Assembly (NCBI GenBank): GCA_016212475.1 | Contig: JACRGC010000001.1 | Coordinates: forward strand, 9,862 to 73,861 | Direction: 5' to 3' | Length of the DNA stretch: 64,000 bases | Source: Candidatus Micrarchaeota archaeon | GTDB lineage: Archaea > Micrarchaeota > Micrarchaeia > Norongarragalinales > SBBD01 | Part shown: one piece after another, positions 54,924 to 64,000 of the stretch | How the letters are laid out: each line of letters begins with the position of its first letter | How positions within the stretch are numbered: the first letter of the stretch is position 1 | The notes under the pieces: generated by a model | Databases searched by the model: none | The model's input: the letters and a program-made list of their open reading frames with translations, nothing else | What the model was told of the DNA's origin: nothing | Translations under genes and position numbers: made by a program

Positions 54924-56573
54924 TTACCATTTCTTGACCAAGAAAAGGAACAGGAACAAGAACATGACAATTCCGGTAATGGCATACTCGTTCCTAACCC
55001 CGGGAATGTATGATTCCGGCTCATTTGTTGGCGTTGAAATGACAAAAGGTGCATCTGGCGTTGGAGCCGGGGTGGATTCCAAATTCACGGAAAAAGGCTG
55101 GGTAACTTCGAATTTATCCGTGTTGATTACAAATTCGCCCGAAAATTTCTCAAGGGATTTTTTCAAAGTAAAACCAACTATTATTTCCGACCCAACTGTA
55201 ATCGAAAAAGGCTTTTCTTGTGTTTCATCCCCGACTTTGATTGCAATTGTCCCTGCCGAATCCACATTCCCAAGGTTCTTGATTTTGGCAGCCACCTGCA
55301 CAAGCCCTCCATTTTCAACCGAAGTGATATCCGTAATTTGCAATTCTTCGGATTTTTCAGCATTCGCATCCTTTGATGCCAAAATTGTTCCTTCTGCATT
55401 TTGTCCAAGGCTTTCTACTTTAACTGGGAATTTGTAATCATAGCCCTCCTGAAGGGGTGGCAAAATCACCTTCCACGCAATTTCTTTTTCCTCTCCGGGC
55501 ATAAGTAAAACCAATTTATCCTCGTTAACGGAATTTTCGCCTGGAATTTTCACTTCCGGCGGGACTTGAAGTGAAAGGGGGATAGCAATCCTGTTTGGCC
55601 CGTTTTTCAATTTTACTTTCACTTCCTCGATTGATTTTTCCCCAACCGTATTTATTGGCAAAACCATTTCAATTTCGAACAATTTTGGGAATTTTCCTGT
55701 TCCCTCAAAATTTACCGAAAAATCCCTGATCAATTTGATTTTGGAAACATCCGCCCCAAAGCTCTTGATCGAAATATCCTCCTTGATGTCGCCCTGATCA
55801 AACCCCTCCCCGAATTTTATGTGGGTCGCATCCAAAATTATCCCCTCATTGAATGTCGGGTCGAACGGAAGCCATTTGCCATCGATTGCAACCTCAACAA
55901 AAGCATGCGCGCCCCAATCCGTCCCCGAATAAACATACGAGGCTGAGAATTTGGCAGGAATCCCAATTGCGCGAACCATTGCAATGAAAAGATGCGAAAA
56001 CTCATCGCAAGTTCCAGCCCGCTCGGTATAGACCGCATCCGATCCTTTTACGAGTGAAATGTACGCCTTATCATAACGCACGTTGTTGTGGACAAACTGC
56101 GCAATTGCAACCACTTTTTCCAAATCCGTAGCATAATCACTTGCAATCGAAAGTGCCTTCGATCTTATTTCCGGGGTGCTTATGATGTATTTGCTATCCT
56201 TTAGGTAATTCCCAGAATCGCCAGCGGTTGGAAAATCAAACCCGAACCTCACATCAACTTGCGAATTCATGGAAAATGTCTGGTAGTTTTTGGAAGGGTC
56301 CAAATTGAAAGTTTTTATCTTGTTCCCAAACGCATCCATCGATTCGCTGGCTGGCGGGTTTGTAATTTCGGTTACGCGGTTTTGCGAGGCGTAATTCCCA
56401 AAACTGAATGTGCGCACCTGCAATTCATTTAGTGTTTGGCCTCCAAGATCCACTCTCCATTCTAGCTTGATGTTTGCAGTTGCTGTCCCGGTTTTCTTTG
56501 GTTCGATATCAGCTGCGCTTGCCAAATGCAAAAGCAATAGCGCAAGAATTATTGCAAAGAATGGTTTTTTCAT
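54924..56573 (-). CDS. transglutaminase-like domain surface protein (signal peptide, C-terminal TM anchor)
   Basis: Signal MKKPFFAIILALLLLHLASA. Catalytic core GTCDEFSHLFIAMVRAIGIPA (Cys), WGAHAFVEV (His), PFDPT (Asp). C-terminal ITGIVMFLFLFLFLVKKW. Confidence 0.8.
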   Translation of the reverse strand: MKKPFFAIILALLLLHLASAADIEPKKTGTATANIKLEWRVDLGGQTLNELQVRTFSFGNYASQNRVTEITNPPASESMDAFGNKIKTFNLDPSKNYQTFSMNSQVDVRFGFDFPTAGDSGNYLKDSKYIISTPEIRSKALSIASDYATDLEKVVAIAQFVHNNVRYDKAYISLVKGSDAVYTERAGTCDEFSHLFIAMVRAIGIPAKFSASYVYSGTDWGAHAFVEVAIDGKWLPFDPTFNEGIILDATHIKFGEGFDQGDIKEDISIKSFGADVSKIKLIRDFSVNFEGTGKFPKLFEIEMVLPINTVGEKSIEEVKVKLKNGPNRIAIPLSLQVPPEVKIPGENSVNEDKLVLLMPGEEKEIAWKVILPPLQEGYDYKFPVKVESLGQNAEGTILASKDANAEKSEELQITDITSVENGGLVQVAAKIKNLGNVDSAGTIAIKVGDETQEKPFSITVGSEIIVGFTLKKSLEKFSGEFVINTDKFEVTQPFSVNLESTPAPTPDAPFVISTPTNEPESYIPGVRNEYAITGIVMFLFLFLFLVKKW

Positions 56574-56650
56574 CTGATCAATTTGTTTTGCGGATGTGAA
56601 AATTAAATTATTCGCTTTTTATGAAGCTTAATGCTGATATTTTGATTGGC

Positions 56651-57922
56651 TTATTTTACCCATGCGTATTTTGCCTTTCCATCGAGCCTATCTTCGATTC
56701 TTAGGAGTTGGTTGTATTTTGCTGTTCTCTCTCCGCGCGCGGGCGCTCCAAGCTTTATTTGCTTGCAATTTAGCGCCACAGCAAGGTCTGCAATGAACGG
56801 ATCCTCGGTTTCTCCTGATCTATGGCTAACCATCACGTTCCATCCGTGCTTGTATGCGAAGTTGCAGGCAACAAAGCTCTCCGAAAGCGATCCAATCTGG
56901 TTGACTTTCAAAAGAAGGCAGTTGCCGCATTCCAGTTCAATTGCCTTCTTTAGCCGTTTTGTGTTCGTAACCGTCAAATCATCGCCAACGATTTGTATTT
57001 TCGAGCCGATCTTTTTGTTTAGCTCGGAAAAGCTTTCCCATTCATCCTCCCCAAAAGGGTCTTCAATCGAAACCAATTTGAAATTTTTGATCAAATCCAT
57101 GTAATAATCAACAAGTTCACCATCAACAAATGCCTTTCCATCGACAACATACCTGCCATTTAGGTAAAATTCGCTGGCAGCTGCGTCCATTGCAATCCTT
57201 GTCTCTTTTGAATATCCAAGCTCATCAATTGCCTTTTGTATCAATTCAAGTGCCGAAGCTGTTGTATTCAGCGGAGGAGCAAAGCCTCCTTCATCGCCTA
57301 CATTAACCGCAGAACTACCGAATTTCTTCTTCAAGGATCCCTTGAGGGAATGGTAAATCTCAACAATTATCCTCGATGCCTGCGAAAAGCTTTTGGCATG
57401 TGTTGGCGCAATCATGAATTCTTGAATCTTAAGCCCAGTTCCAGCATGGAGCCCGCCGTTAATGATATTTGCAAATGGCACTGGCATGTTGAAATTTGGC
57501 TTTTTTTCAAGATTTGCAATGTATTCGAAAATCTCCTTTTTTTCCGCAAGCGCGCCGGCTTTGGCAAATGCAATTGAAACCGCAAGTATTGCATTCGAGC
57601 CGAGGTTGCTTTTGTCTTCGGTCCCATCCAACTTGAATAATATGGCGTCCAATTCCCCCTGATTTCTTGGATCCTTCCCTTCTATTTTTTTTGCGATTAC
57701 CGTGTTGATGTTCTTAACTGCTTTTTGCACGCCTTTCCCAAGGAATCTCCTATCGCCGTCGCGAAGCTCTCTTGCCTCGTGCGAACCTGTTGACATTCCG
57801 GATGGCACAATTGCCCTAACCCTCCTTCCATTATCCAAATCAATTTCGCATTCAACCGTTGGGGTTGCCCTGCTATCCAAAAGCTCCCTTCCATGCACGC
57901 GTTCAATCCTCATAAATCTCAC
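56651..57922 (-). CDS. eno: enolase (phosphopyruvate hydratase)
   Basis: RIERVHGRELLDSRATPTVE..., SGMSTGSHEA, and C-terminal IKLGAPARGERTAKYNQLLRIE. Confidence 0.9.
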   Translation of the reverse strand: MRFMRIERVHGRELLDSRATPTVECEIDLDNGRRVRAIVPSGMSTGSHEARELRDGDRRFLGKGVQKAVKNINTVIAKKIEGKDPRNQGELDAILFKLDGTEDKSNLGSNAILAVSIAFAKAGALAEKKEIFEYIANLEKKPNFNMPVPFANIINGGLHAGTGLKIQEFMIAPTHAKSFSQASRIIVEIYHSLKGSLKKKFGSSAVNVGDEGGFAPPLNTTASALELIQKAIDELGYSKETRIAMDAAASEFYLNGRYVVDGKAFVDGELVDYYMDLIKNFKLVSIEDPFGEDEWESFSELNKKIGSKIQIVGDDLTVTNTKRLKKAIELECGNCLLLKVNQIGSLSESFVACNFAYKHGWNVMVSHRSGETEDPFIADLAVALNCKQIKLGAPARGERTAKYNQLLRIEDRLDGKAKYAWVK

Positions 57923-57954
57923 TTGGAATTATTTTCATCAACTTAGAATTTCAT

Positions 57955-58575
57955 TTAGGGGGTTCCTCCAAAAATCCCAGCTCCTACGCTGTTTCCTGTA
58001 ATGATTTGCTCAATGTACATGTACTCGTTTATGAATGAATCCAGTAATTCCCCAAATACTCCATCCGGGTAGATGTATGCAAGCCCAAAGAATACTATGA
58101 ACCCAAAAATCACTCCGTAATCAAACCACCTAACTTCCAGCGGATCCTTTTCCTTGAATGGGTTCATGCTCTTGATCCCTTCCTCGGCAATTCCCGAAAC
58201 TTTTATCAGGTGGGCAAACCTGCTATATCGCATGAAGATTAGTGCAAAAACCGTTGCAACAATGATGTTTGAGAATTTTATCAAAACAATGTAGGAGGCA
58301 ACCGACATGATGCCGCCGATGAAGAACACGCCCCTATAGATGCTTTTTGCGCCTGCAACCATCGCTTTTTCCTTGGATGTAAGCATCTGTTTTGAGAGGT
58401 GCCAAATCTCATTTGCCTCATGGTCGTTGAACCCTTCGCTTAACAGGTAATATTTGCAGATTACATAGTCTTTTCCTTGCATCCGCATCTCCTTTACGGA
58501 TTTAACTGCCTTAAGCGTTTTTTCCGTAAGCGTTGGGGTTATTGGAAGCTGGTTTGAGGGGGGTTCTTGGGCCAT
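57955..58575 (-). CDS. hypothetical membrane protein
   Basis: 206 aa, 3-4 TM segments. Confidence 0.4.
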   Translation of the reverse strand: MAQEPPSNQLPITPTLTEKTLKAVKSVKEMRMQGKDYVICKYYLLSEGFNDHEANEIWHLSKQMLTSKEKAMVAGAKSIYRGVFFIGGIMSVASYIVLIKFSNIIVATVFALIFMRYSRFAHLIKVSGIAEEGIKSMNPFKEKDPLEVRWFDYGVIFGFIVFFGLAYIYPDGVFGELLDSFINEYMYIEQIITGNSVGAGIFGGTP

Positions 58576-58642
58576 ACTTAAGAAAAGAACACGCCATTTG
58601 AATAAATATCTATTTGATCACCCGAATTGAGGGCTTCCCGGC

Positions 58643-59875
58643 TTGTTTTTTAATCAAAGTGCAAATAAGCACTATATGGAAAACGATTTCTACGGATTGC
58701 AATTGCCCAATTTTCAAACGCCCAAAACCCCGCGGGATTTGCTTTTATCAAAAATCATGACAAATTCATTGCTAAGCCCCCTCAAAGCTGAAATGTTTGG
58801 CCCAACTCCCCCAAATATTTTTGTTGGAAGGGCGGGCTATCCTTTTGTTCAAGTCGGCCCTCTTATTGGCGCTGACGAATCCATAGATGCTTCGCTATAT
58901 GATGACCCCAAAAAATGGTATGGGCTTCCAATTGAGGATATCGTAAAATTCCGATCATCCCTTGTGCGCGGAAAAAAGCTTTCGCACATAAAAAAAAGCC
59001 GCGAGCTGTTTGATTTGCAAGATTCCGTGCTTTCCCAAAAAACAGTTGACATGGAAGTGAAGTTCAAAAAACCTCCTGCCCGGTCCATGTATTTTCACTC
59101 AATTTTCCAGCCAATGGGCCCAACAGGTGAATATGAATCCCTAAAACTGGCAAGCAACCCATCAATTCCCAAAAAAGTCGATTCCATTGTAAATGAGGAT
59201 ATTACGGCTGTAACTGCTTTTTCGGAGCTTATGGATCGGAATTATGATGTCTACTATCTGCAAAAGCTGCTCTCGGCCGGCTTGCTTGGCAGGGAAAAAA
59301 GCAAAAAGCTCGTTCCGACAAGGTGGAGCATAACCGCTGCGGATAAAATTTCAGCCGACATTCAAATCGAAAAAATCAGGGATTTGCCTCAATTGAATGA
59401 AATTTTGCTCTATTCCAACACTTACCTAGCAAACCATTTTGAAATCCTGCTTCTTCCTGGCAATTGGGAATTCGAGCAGTTTGAGAACTGGGAATCACAT
59501 GAATCCAACCAAGGAAAGGAAGGCTGGTTTTTGGAGCATGAATATGAGCCATTTGAAGGAAGGAGCGATTATGCAAAATCGGAAGGAGGCGGCTACTACG
59601 CAGGAAGGCACTCGGTTGCAATGTTTTTGGCAGAAAAATTAAAGCGGCAGGCAAGAGCAGTTGTTATCCGCGAAATCCACAAGGAATACGACATTCCTGT
59701 TGGCGTTTGGGAAATCCGCGAGAATGTTTCGCATGCTTTTGAAAATCCGCCAATCAAGCTTGAATCAATTGCGCAAGCTAAACTGCTTTTGAATTCAAGG
59801 CTCCAAAACCAAGCTGAAATGTATTTCCAGAAAAGCAGGATTTTGCCGCAAAGGAAGCTTTTGGAATTTGCGTAG
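58643..59875 (+). CDS. conserved archaeal protein, possibly Nre-family (DUF650/DUF651) DNA-repair-associated
   Basis: 410 aa. PPNIFVGRAGYPFVQVGPL and LVPTRWSITAADKISA resemble Nre_N/Nre_C motifs from memory. The assignment is tentative. Confidence 0.3.
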   Translation: MFFNQSANKHYMENDFYGLQLPNFQTPKTPRDLLLSKIMTNSLLSPLKAEMFGPTPPNIFVGRAGYPFVQVGPLIGADESIDASLYDDPKKWYGLPIEDIVKFRSSLVRGKKLSHIKKSRELFDLQDSVLSQKTVDMEVKFKKPPARSMYFHSIFQPMGPTGEYESLKLASNPSIPKKVDSIVNEDITAVTAFSELMDRNYDVYYLQKLLSAGLLGREKSKKLVPTRWSITAADKISADIQIEKIRDLPQLNEILLYSNTYLANHFEILLLPGNWEFEQFENWESHESNQGKEGWFLEHEYEPFEGRSDYAKSEGGGYYAGRHSVAMFLAEKLKRQARAVVIREIHKEYDIPVGVWEIRENVSHAFENPPIKLESIAQAKLLLNSRLQNQAEMYFQKSRILPQRKLLEFA

Positions 59876-59983
59876 GGAAAAATCATTGAAATCAAATATT
59901 GCATTGCAATCCTTCCTTTGATTATTTCCAAAACCGTTGCGAAGGATTAAAAATCTCCTTGCAGAGCTATTTACGTGTTTTAA

Positions 59984-60829
59984 ATGAAACTCCTTTTGCC
60001 TATTTTATTTGCCTTATTTTCCCTATTTTCAGCTTCGCTAATTGCCGCCGAAGTAAACGGGAGGGTCATGATGGTCCAGCCATTCCAAACCGAAATACAT
60101 GAGGGGGATCTGATCGATCTTGGAACAGTTGGTCCCGGCCAAAAGCTTGAAATTGAAATAGCCCAAACCAGCAACATTTATGATTTCAACGGAGCAGAGG
60201 AGGTTTGGAACAGGCTCAAAATAGATGATAGTTCCCTTCCATTATTTTGGCGGTCCGATTACAGCCTAAGATATGAGGCAAACCCAAAAGCGTTTGTTTA
60301 TGTTAGCGAGCAAACCTCGGATGGGGACTACGAATTTTCACTTTACACCGAAAGGGATTATGGGACAGCAGCAAAATACCCGGTCCATTTCAAGGCTAAA
60401 GTTAAAGTTTCCAAGGATGTTTTCAAGCTTGAAATAAGCCAAAAAAGCGTAACTGGCGGCGCCAACCAGCCAACTGTTTTTCTAATTGACCTGACAAATA
60501 CGGGTTCGGCAAGCGATGCATTCAACATCGAGGCAATTTCGGGCCTTCCATCTGCATGGAAGTACAAAAAACAGGTTTTCGTTCCGCACAATTCAAGGAA
60601 GCAGATACAATACGAGGTTGTGGCATCCGAGCAGGGCGATTTCTTCCTAACTTTCAAGGGGACTTCGCTTTCATCCGATTTCATTGCTTCGGAAGATACC
60701 GCAACATTATCCGCAAAAAGCACGCTTATTCAGGACATGAAATCAACAGCAAATGGCGTTTTGCTATTCCCCTTCCTTACGCAATCCGTGTATTATCTGA
60801 TGGGGTTAATTGCGAATACTTTCTTCTAA
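59984..60829 (+). CDS. secreted protein with signal peptide and C-terminal TM anchor
   Basis: MKLLLPILFALFSLFSASLIAAE signal and C-terminal VLLFPFLTQSVYYLMGLIANTFF. Beta-rich CARDB/DUF11-like middle region. Confidence 0.45.
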   Translation: MKLLLPILFALFSLFSASLIAAEVNGRVMMVQPFQTEIHEGDLIDLGTVGPGQKLEIEIAQTSNIYDFNGAEEVWNRLKIDDSSLPLFWRSDYSLRYEANPKAFVYVSEQTSDGDYEFSLYTERDYGTAAKYPVHFKAKVKVSKDVFKLEISQKSVTGGANQPTVFLIDLTNTGSASDAFNIEAISGLPSAWKYKKQVFVPHNSRKQIQYEVVASEQGDFFLTFKGTSLSSDFIASEDTATLSAKSTLIQDMKSTANGVLLFPFLTQSVYYLMGLIANTFF

Positions 60830-60899
60830 TTTGTGCGCCGAAAATCTAATTCGAATCAAAAAATTGATCTGGTTTCGCATCACGTGTTGCGCATATTTT

Positions 60900-62069
60900 T
60901 TACTTTTTATTCGTCATCGCCCTTTTCATTTCCCTAATTCCAGCATCCGTTTTGATCCCAGTTGAAACATAGTGCACTTTGCACGAGTCAAACCCCTGCA
61001 TTTTCAAGGAGAGCATGATATCATCGGTTTTTCGGACAACCAAGCTGAATTTTTTTGCCAGCACGTGCAAATCATAAAATGTGGGCCCAAAATCGTTTTC
61101 AGCAATTAGAAACTTGATGAATTTTAGGATTTCCAGATCACTTGGAAGCAAATCTCCCTTTTTTTGCACTTTGTCTCTAAGCTTTATTTCCAAATCCTTT
61201 TCCATTTCCAAAAGCAGCCCTTTTTTTTGCATTTTCCCAATCCAAAGTTCGCCGGCGTATTCGAACTTGTTTTTGCAATTGTCGCATTTTCCAATTATCC
61301 GCTTAGAAACCTTCCTGTTCAGGCATTTTTCGCAGTGCATGATGTAGCCAATTTCCTCAAGCGATTTGTCCGCAAGATCCGAATTCCTCTCGCATAGCAC
61401 CATCGCCTTGATTGCATGCCCGCGGTAAAATGAAACCAGAGGCTGGCAGCCGTAGTCTTGCAAAGCAAGCTCCTTTGCAATTTTCCCAATCAGGATTCGA
61501 AGGGCAATCTCATGCGAGTATTCATTCCTAATTGGTTTGGCATTGTAGTGCTTTTTTGTTGGAATTGTCTTCCCCCCTGCTAAATTGGCAAGGTCGGTTG
61601 CTGTAATTGAAAGTATTCCTATTTTCTTGAGTTTTCGAATTGCATTTTGCAAAAAGAACACGGGCGAGCCAAACGGGTCTATTTCAATGAAATCGAAATT
61701 CTCCGATGAGTTGACAAAGAACTTATTCAAATCCTCTTCAGCTACTTTTGCGTTCTTGAGTCCATTCAATTTGATGTTCTTTTTGAGGACTTTGATCGCA
61801 TCCGGGTTAGCATCCACAAAATACACTCGCTTGAGCTTGTTTTCCTTGGCATACAATATTCCCCTAGAGCCAAGCGCGCAAAGCCCATCCACAACTGTGG
61901 AATCATCAAGCATTGGCAAACAGAACTTGAGAGCAAGCGAAGAAACCTTCCGGTTAAAGCCCATAGCCGGATTGTAAAACACCGGAAGGTGGAAGGGATC
62001 TGAAAAAGCTTTTTCCGGAACCAGAAGTTTTGCATTTCCCTCATTGACTGTGATGAATTTGGTTTTCAT
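60900..62069 (-). CDS. trm1: tRNA (guanine(26)-N2)-dimethyltransferase Trm1
   Basis: 389 aa. FYNPAMGFNR, DGLCALGSRGILYA (SAM site), FIEIDPFGSP, and Zn-ribbon CEKCLNR..CDNCKNKF. Confidence 0.8.
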   Translation of the reverse strand: MKTKFITVNEGNAKLLVPEKAFSDPFHLPVFYNPAMGFNRKVSSLALKFCLPMLDDSTVVDGLCALGSRGILYAKENKLKRVYFVDANPDAIKVLKKNIKLNGLKNAKVAEEDLNKFFVNSSENFDFIEIDPFGSPVFFLQNAIRKLKKIGILSITATDLANLAGGKTIPTKKHYNAKPIRNEYSHEIALRILIGKIAKELALQDYGCQPLVSFYRGHAIKAMVLCERNSDLADKSLEEIGYIMHCEKCLNRKVSKRIIGKCDNCKNKFEYAGELWIGKMQKKGLLLEMEKDLEIKLRDKVQKKGDLLPSDLEILKFIKFLIAENDFGPTFYDLHVLAKKFSLVVRKTDDIMLSLKMQGFDSCKVHYVSTGIKTDAGIREMKRAMTNKK

Positions 62070-62096
62070 AAAAATTCCTTGATTTATATTGAATTT

Positions 62097-64000
62097 CTAG
62101 GCAGGTTGCGGTGGCAAGGGAATTGCGGGTTTAGACGTTGTTGTCGATGGAACATAATCCGAAGATTCATATGGTGGGCTTGCTTTGCCTTTCAGGAATT
62201 CCTTGATTTTGCTGATTGCTGCGCATGAACTCAATGCAGTTTTTGCCAATTGGTATTTTGACGGGGTTGCAATTGAAAGCGCCTCCAGAGTTGCACAGGT
62301 TGAAAAGTCTCCGGCAATTGCAAACGAAACCAATGAGGCTAGCGTGTTAATGGTGTTTGCGTGCTCCGGATACTTGTAGGTTGCCATATAGCCAGCTGCC
62401 CCTATTGCCAATCCGGTATAATCCATCTTGCATTTAGCATTTATGCCTACGTGGATGTTTGCTCTGATTTGGTTATCAGAAACATCTGAAAATACATAAC
62501 TTTGTTTTGGTGTGCACCAGCATCCTTCTCCGCCAACAGATCCTGCCGGGCAAGTCATGGTTGCAAAACGAAATACCCTCCAATCCGGCAAATCCATGTC
62601 GACCAATGTCCCTCCAGGAGGCGCAAACTGCTTGAACACATTAATTCTCCAAAAAGTGCTAACTGCATAAGATGGCATCAATTGTTTTTTTGTAGCGGCT
62701 TGTTCAATGCTGGCAAAGCTGGCATGCTGCTCATTTTGGACGCATTTTTTGTCGGATTTTAGAAAATCACAAAGAGGCAAATAATTCCCGGGCGATTGGT
62801 AGCCGTGAGTTGAAGATTGCGCAAGTTCAGGTGTCAAATCGCCGTTTTTGCAAAGTTCTTCGGAGCTTACATAATTTAGCTTGTAAAGCCTTGCAATTCT
62901 TGCCCTATACTCGAAGTTTATGCCATCTTCCGTTGATGCCTGCACCACATAAATTTTTGGATTTTCATTCAAGCATCCGTACCTTGAAGCTGTATCCTCA
63001 ACTGTAATTCCAGATGGCAAATTCGCATTCTGAATTAGGCGCATAACCGTTGTAAATACAAATGGCTTTTGCAAAACTTTTTCTTGCAGGTAATTATTCC
63101 CCCTTCTGAAAACAGAAGCCTTAGCCGCTTCAGCTGCAGCGGTTTTGAATTTTGCAAATGCCTGTGAAGCTGCAGGCTGCGTGCACCACTTGGACGAACA
63201 GCATCCATAATCATAGCAAGCTGGAGTCCTTCCGCCTTGATTATCAATACTAGGGAAATACGTATCACTTGAAGAGTAGGTAATTGATTCAACTGGCGTA
63301 TCTTCTTCCCTAAGTTCAAGCGTTCCAGCCCCACTCCAAGCAAAACTAGAAGCATCTGAATTTTGGAATTCGATTTGCAGATCTTCCATAGTATAATCCT
63401 TTGGCACTTGCTTTTGCGAAATTATGTGAAATAGCTTTGATGCGCTTCCTGAAATCTGCCTAGGAAGCATCGAAACTGCCTTGAATGGCAATTTCTTAAC
63501 CGACACTTCAATTGGGAGTTCAATTGGATTCAATCCAACAGCCGTGCAAACAACCTTCAATTTTGCGCTATTATCCCCCAAAGCATTATCCCCAACTGAT
63601 TTAAGCGGGCAATTTTGCGAAAGTTCACTACCCCTAAACACCAAAACGTTATTTTCAATGGAATAGCATGGCTTTGTTGATCCGGCAACAATTTCATATA
63701 GGGCTGTGCATTTGCCGGCCCCATCGAATTTGATTGGAATGGCATCAGCTGGAAGCAAGGAGTCGATTTGCATCTTTATTTTTGAGTTTGCAACCTGCAA
63801 TTTCCCATCCACAAGATCTATTTTGACCTCGCTGGCAAAATTATTTTCAGATGGAACCAAGCAAGAACTTCTGCACTCCCCATCCGAGCAATAGAATTTC
63901 CCTTCATCGCAAGTTGGAGCGGGGGGGATTTCCTCCTCATCATTTCCGGAATCAAAATAATCCCCAAGGCAGATAAGCGAGCATAGATCCCCGCCGCATT
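62097..64000 (-). CDS. Cys-rich secreted/surface protein, 5'-truncated by window edge
   Basis: The reading frame stays open from 63860 (a TTG) to the window end, with no stop upstream. More than 25 Cys, including CYDYGCCSSKWC and CPAGSVGGEGCWC. The C-terminus is a Ser/Thr/Pro tail ...STTTSKPAIPLPPQPA. Confidence 0.5.
   Translation of the reverse strand, partial: CGGDLCSLICLGDYFDSGNDEEEIPPAPTCDEGKFYCSDGECRSSCLVPSENNFASEVKIDLVDGKLQVANSKIKMQIDSLLPADAIPIKFDGAGKCTALYEIVAGSTKPCYSIENNVLVFRGSELSQNCPLKSVGDNALGDNSAKLKVVCTAVGLNPIELPIEVSVKKLPFKAVSMLPRQISGSASKLFHIISQKQVPKDYTMEDLQIEFQNSDASSFAWSGAGTLELREEDTPVESITYSSSDTYFPSIDNQGGRTPACYDYGCCSSKWCTQPAASQAFAKFKTAAAEAAKASVFRRGNNYLQEKVLQKPFVFTTVMRLIQNANLPSGITVEDTASRYGCLNENPKIYVVQASTEDGINFEYRARIARLYKLNYVSSEELCKNGDLTPELAQSSTHGYQSPGNYLPLCDFLKSDKKCVQNEQHASFASIEQAATKKQLMPSYAVSTFWRINVFKQFAPPGGTLVDMDLPDWRVFRFATMTCPAGSVGGEGCWCTPKQSYVFSDVSDNQIRANIHVGINAKCKMDYTGLAIGAAGYMATYKYPEHANTINTLASLVSFAIAGDFSTCATLEALSIATPSKYQLAKTALSSCAAISKIKEFLKGKASPPYESSDYVPSTTTSKPAIPLPPQPA

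Overview
This 64-kb window looks like an archaeal chromosome segment with about 40% GC and dense coding on both strands. The gene set resembles a small-genome, DPANN-like archaeon; that placement is inference.

Clear housekeeping genes include ndk, an ADP-dependent sugar kinase, pth2, a RIO kinase, folD, an inositol monophosphatase, nadA-nadB, ftsZ with a sepF-like gene, pyrB-pyrI, rtcB, aIF-5A, ribosomal protein S6e, trpS, enolase, trm1, and tRNA-Phe(GAA) and tRNA-Gly(GCC).

Accessory content includes two giant secreted or anchored proteins (2291 aa and 1427 aa) and several Cys-rich or beta-helix surface proteins. It also includes a cluster of class III signal peptide (archaeal type IV pilin-like) genes with a T2SS-F/TadC-like membrane protein, a transglutaminase-like surface protein, and three toxin-antitoxin-like pairs.

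Four leads stand out:
- rtcB is interrupted exactly inside the conserved ...GVGY|DINCGVRL... motif by a 32-nt non-coding insert. By hand it folds as a bulge-helix-bulge-like structure, so it is a candidate mRNA intron in the gene for the tRNA-splicing ligase itself.
- An archaeal LonB gene stops after its ATPase N-half and transmembrane insertion and runs into an intein-like N-terminal fragment (blocks A and B) before a stop codon. This suggests a split LonB with a split intein.
- A family of G5-Nx-C5 palindromes and C-run motifs recurs in divergent intergenic regions.
- A 32-residue tandem-repeat protein sits next to a metallo-beta-lactamase-fold hydrolase.

All calls rest on reading the sequence and remembered family motifs. 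No database search was run.
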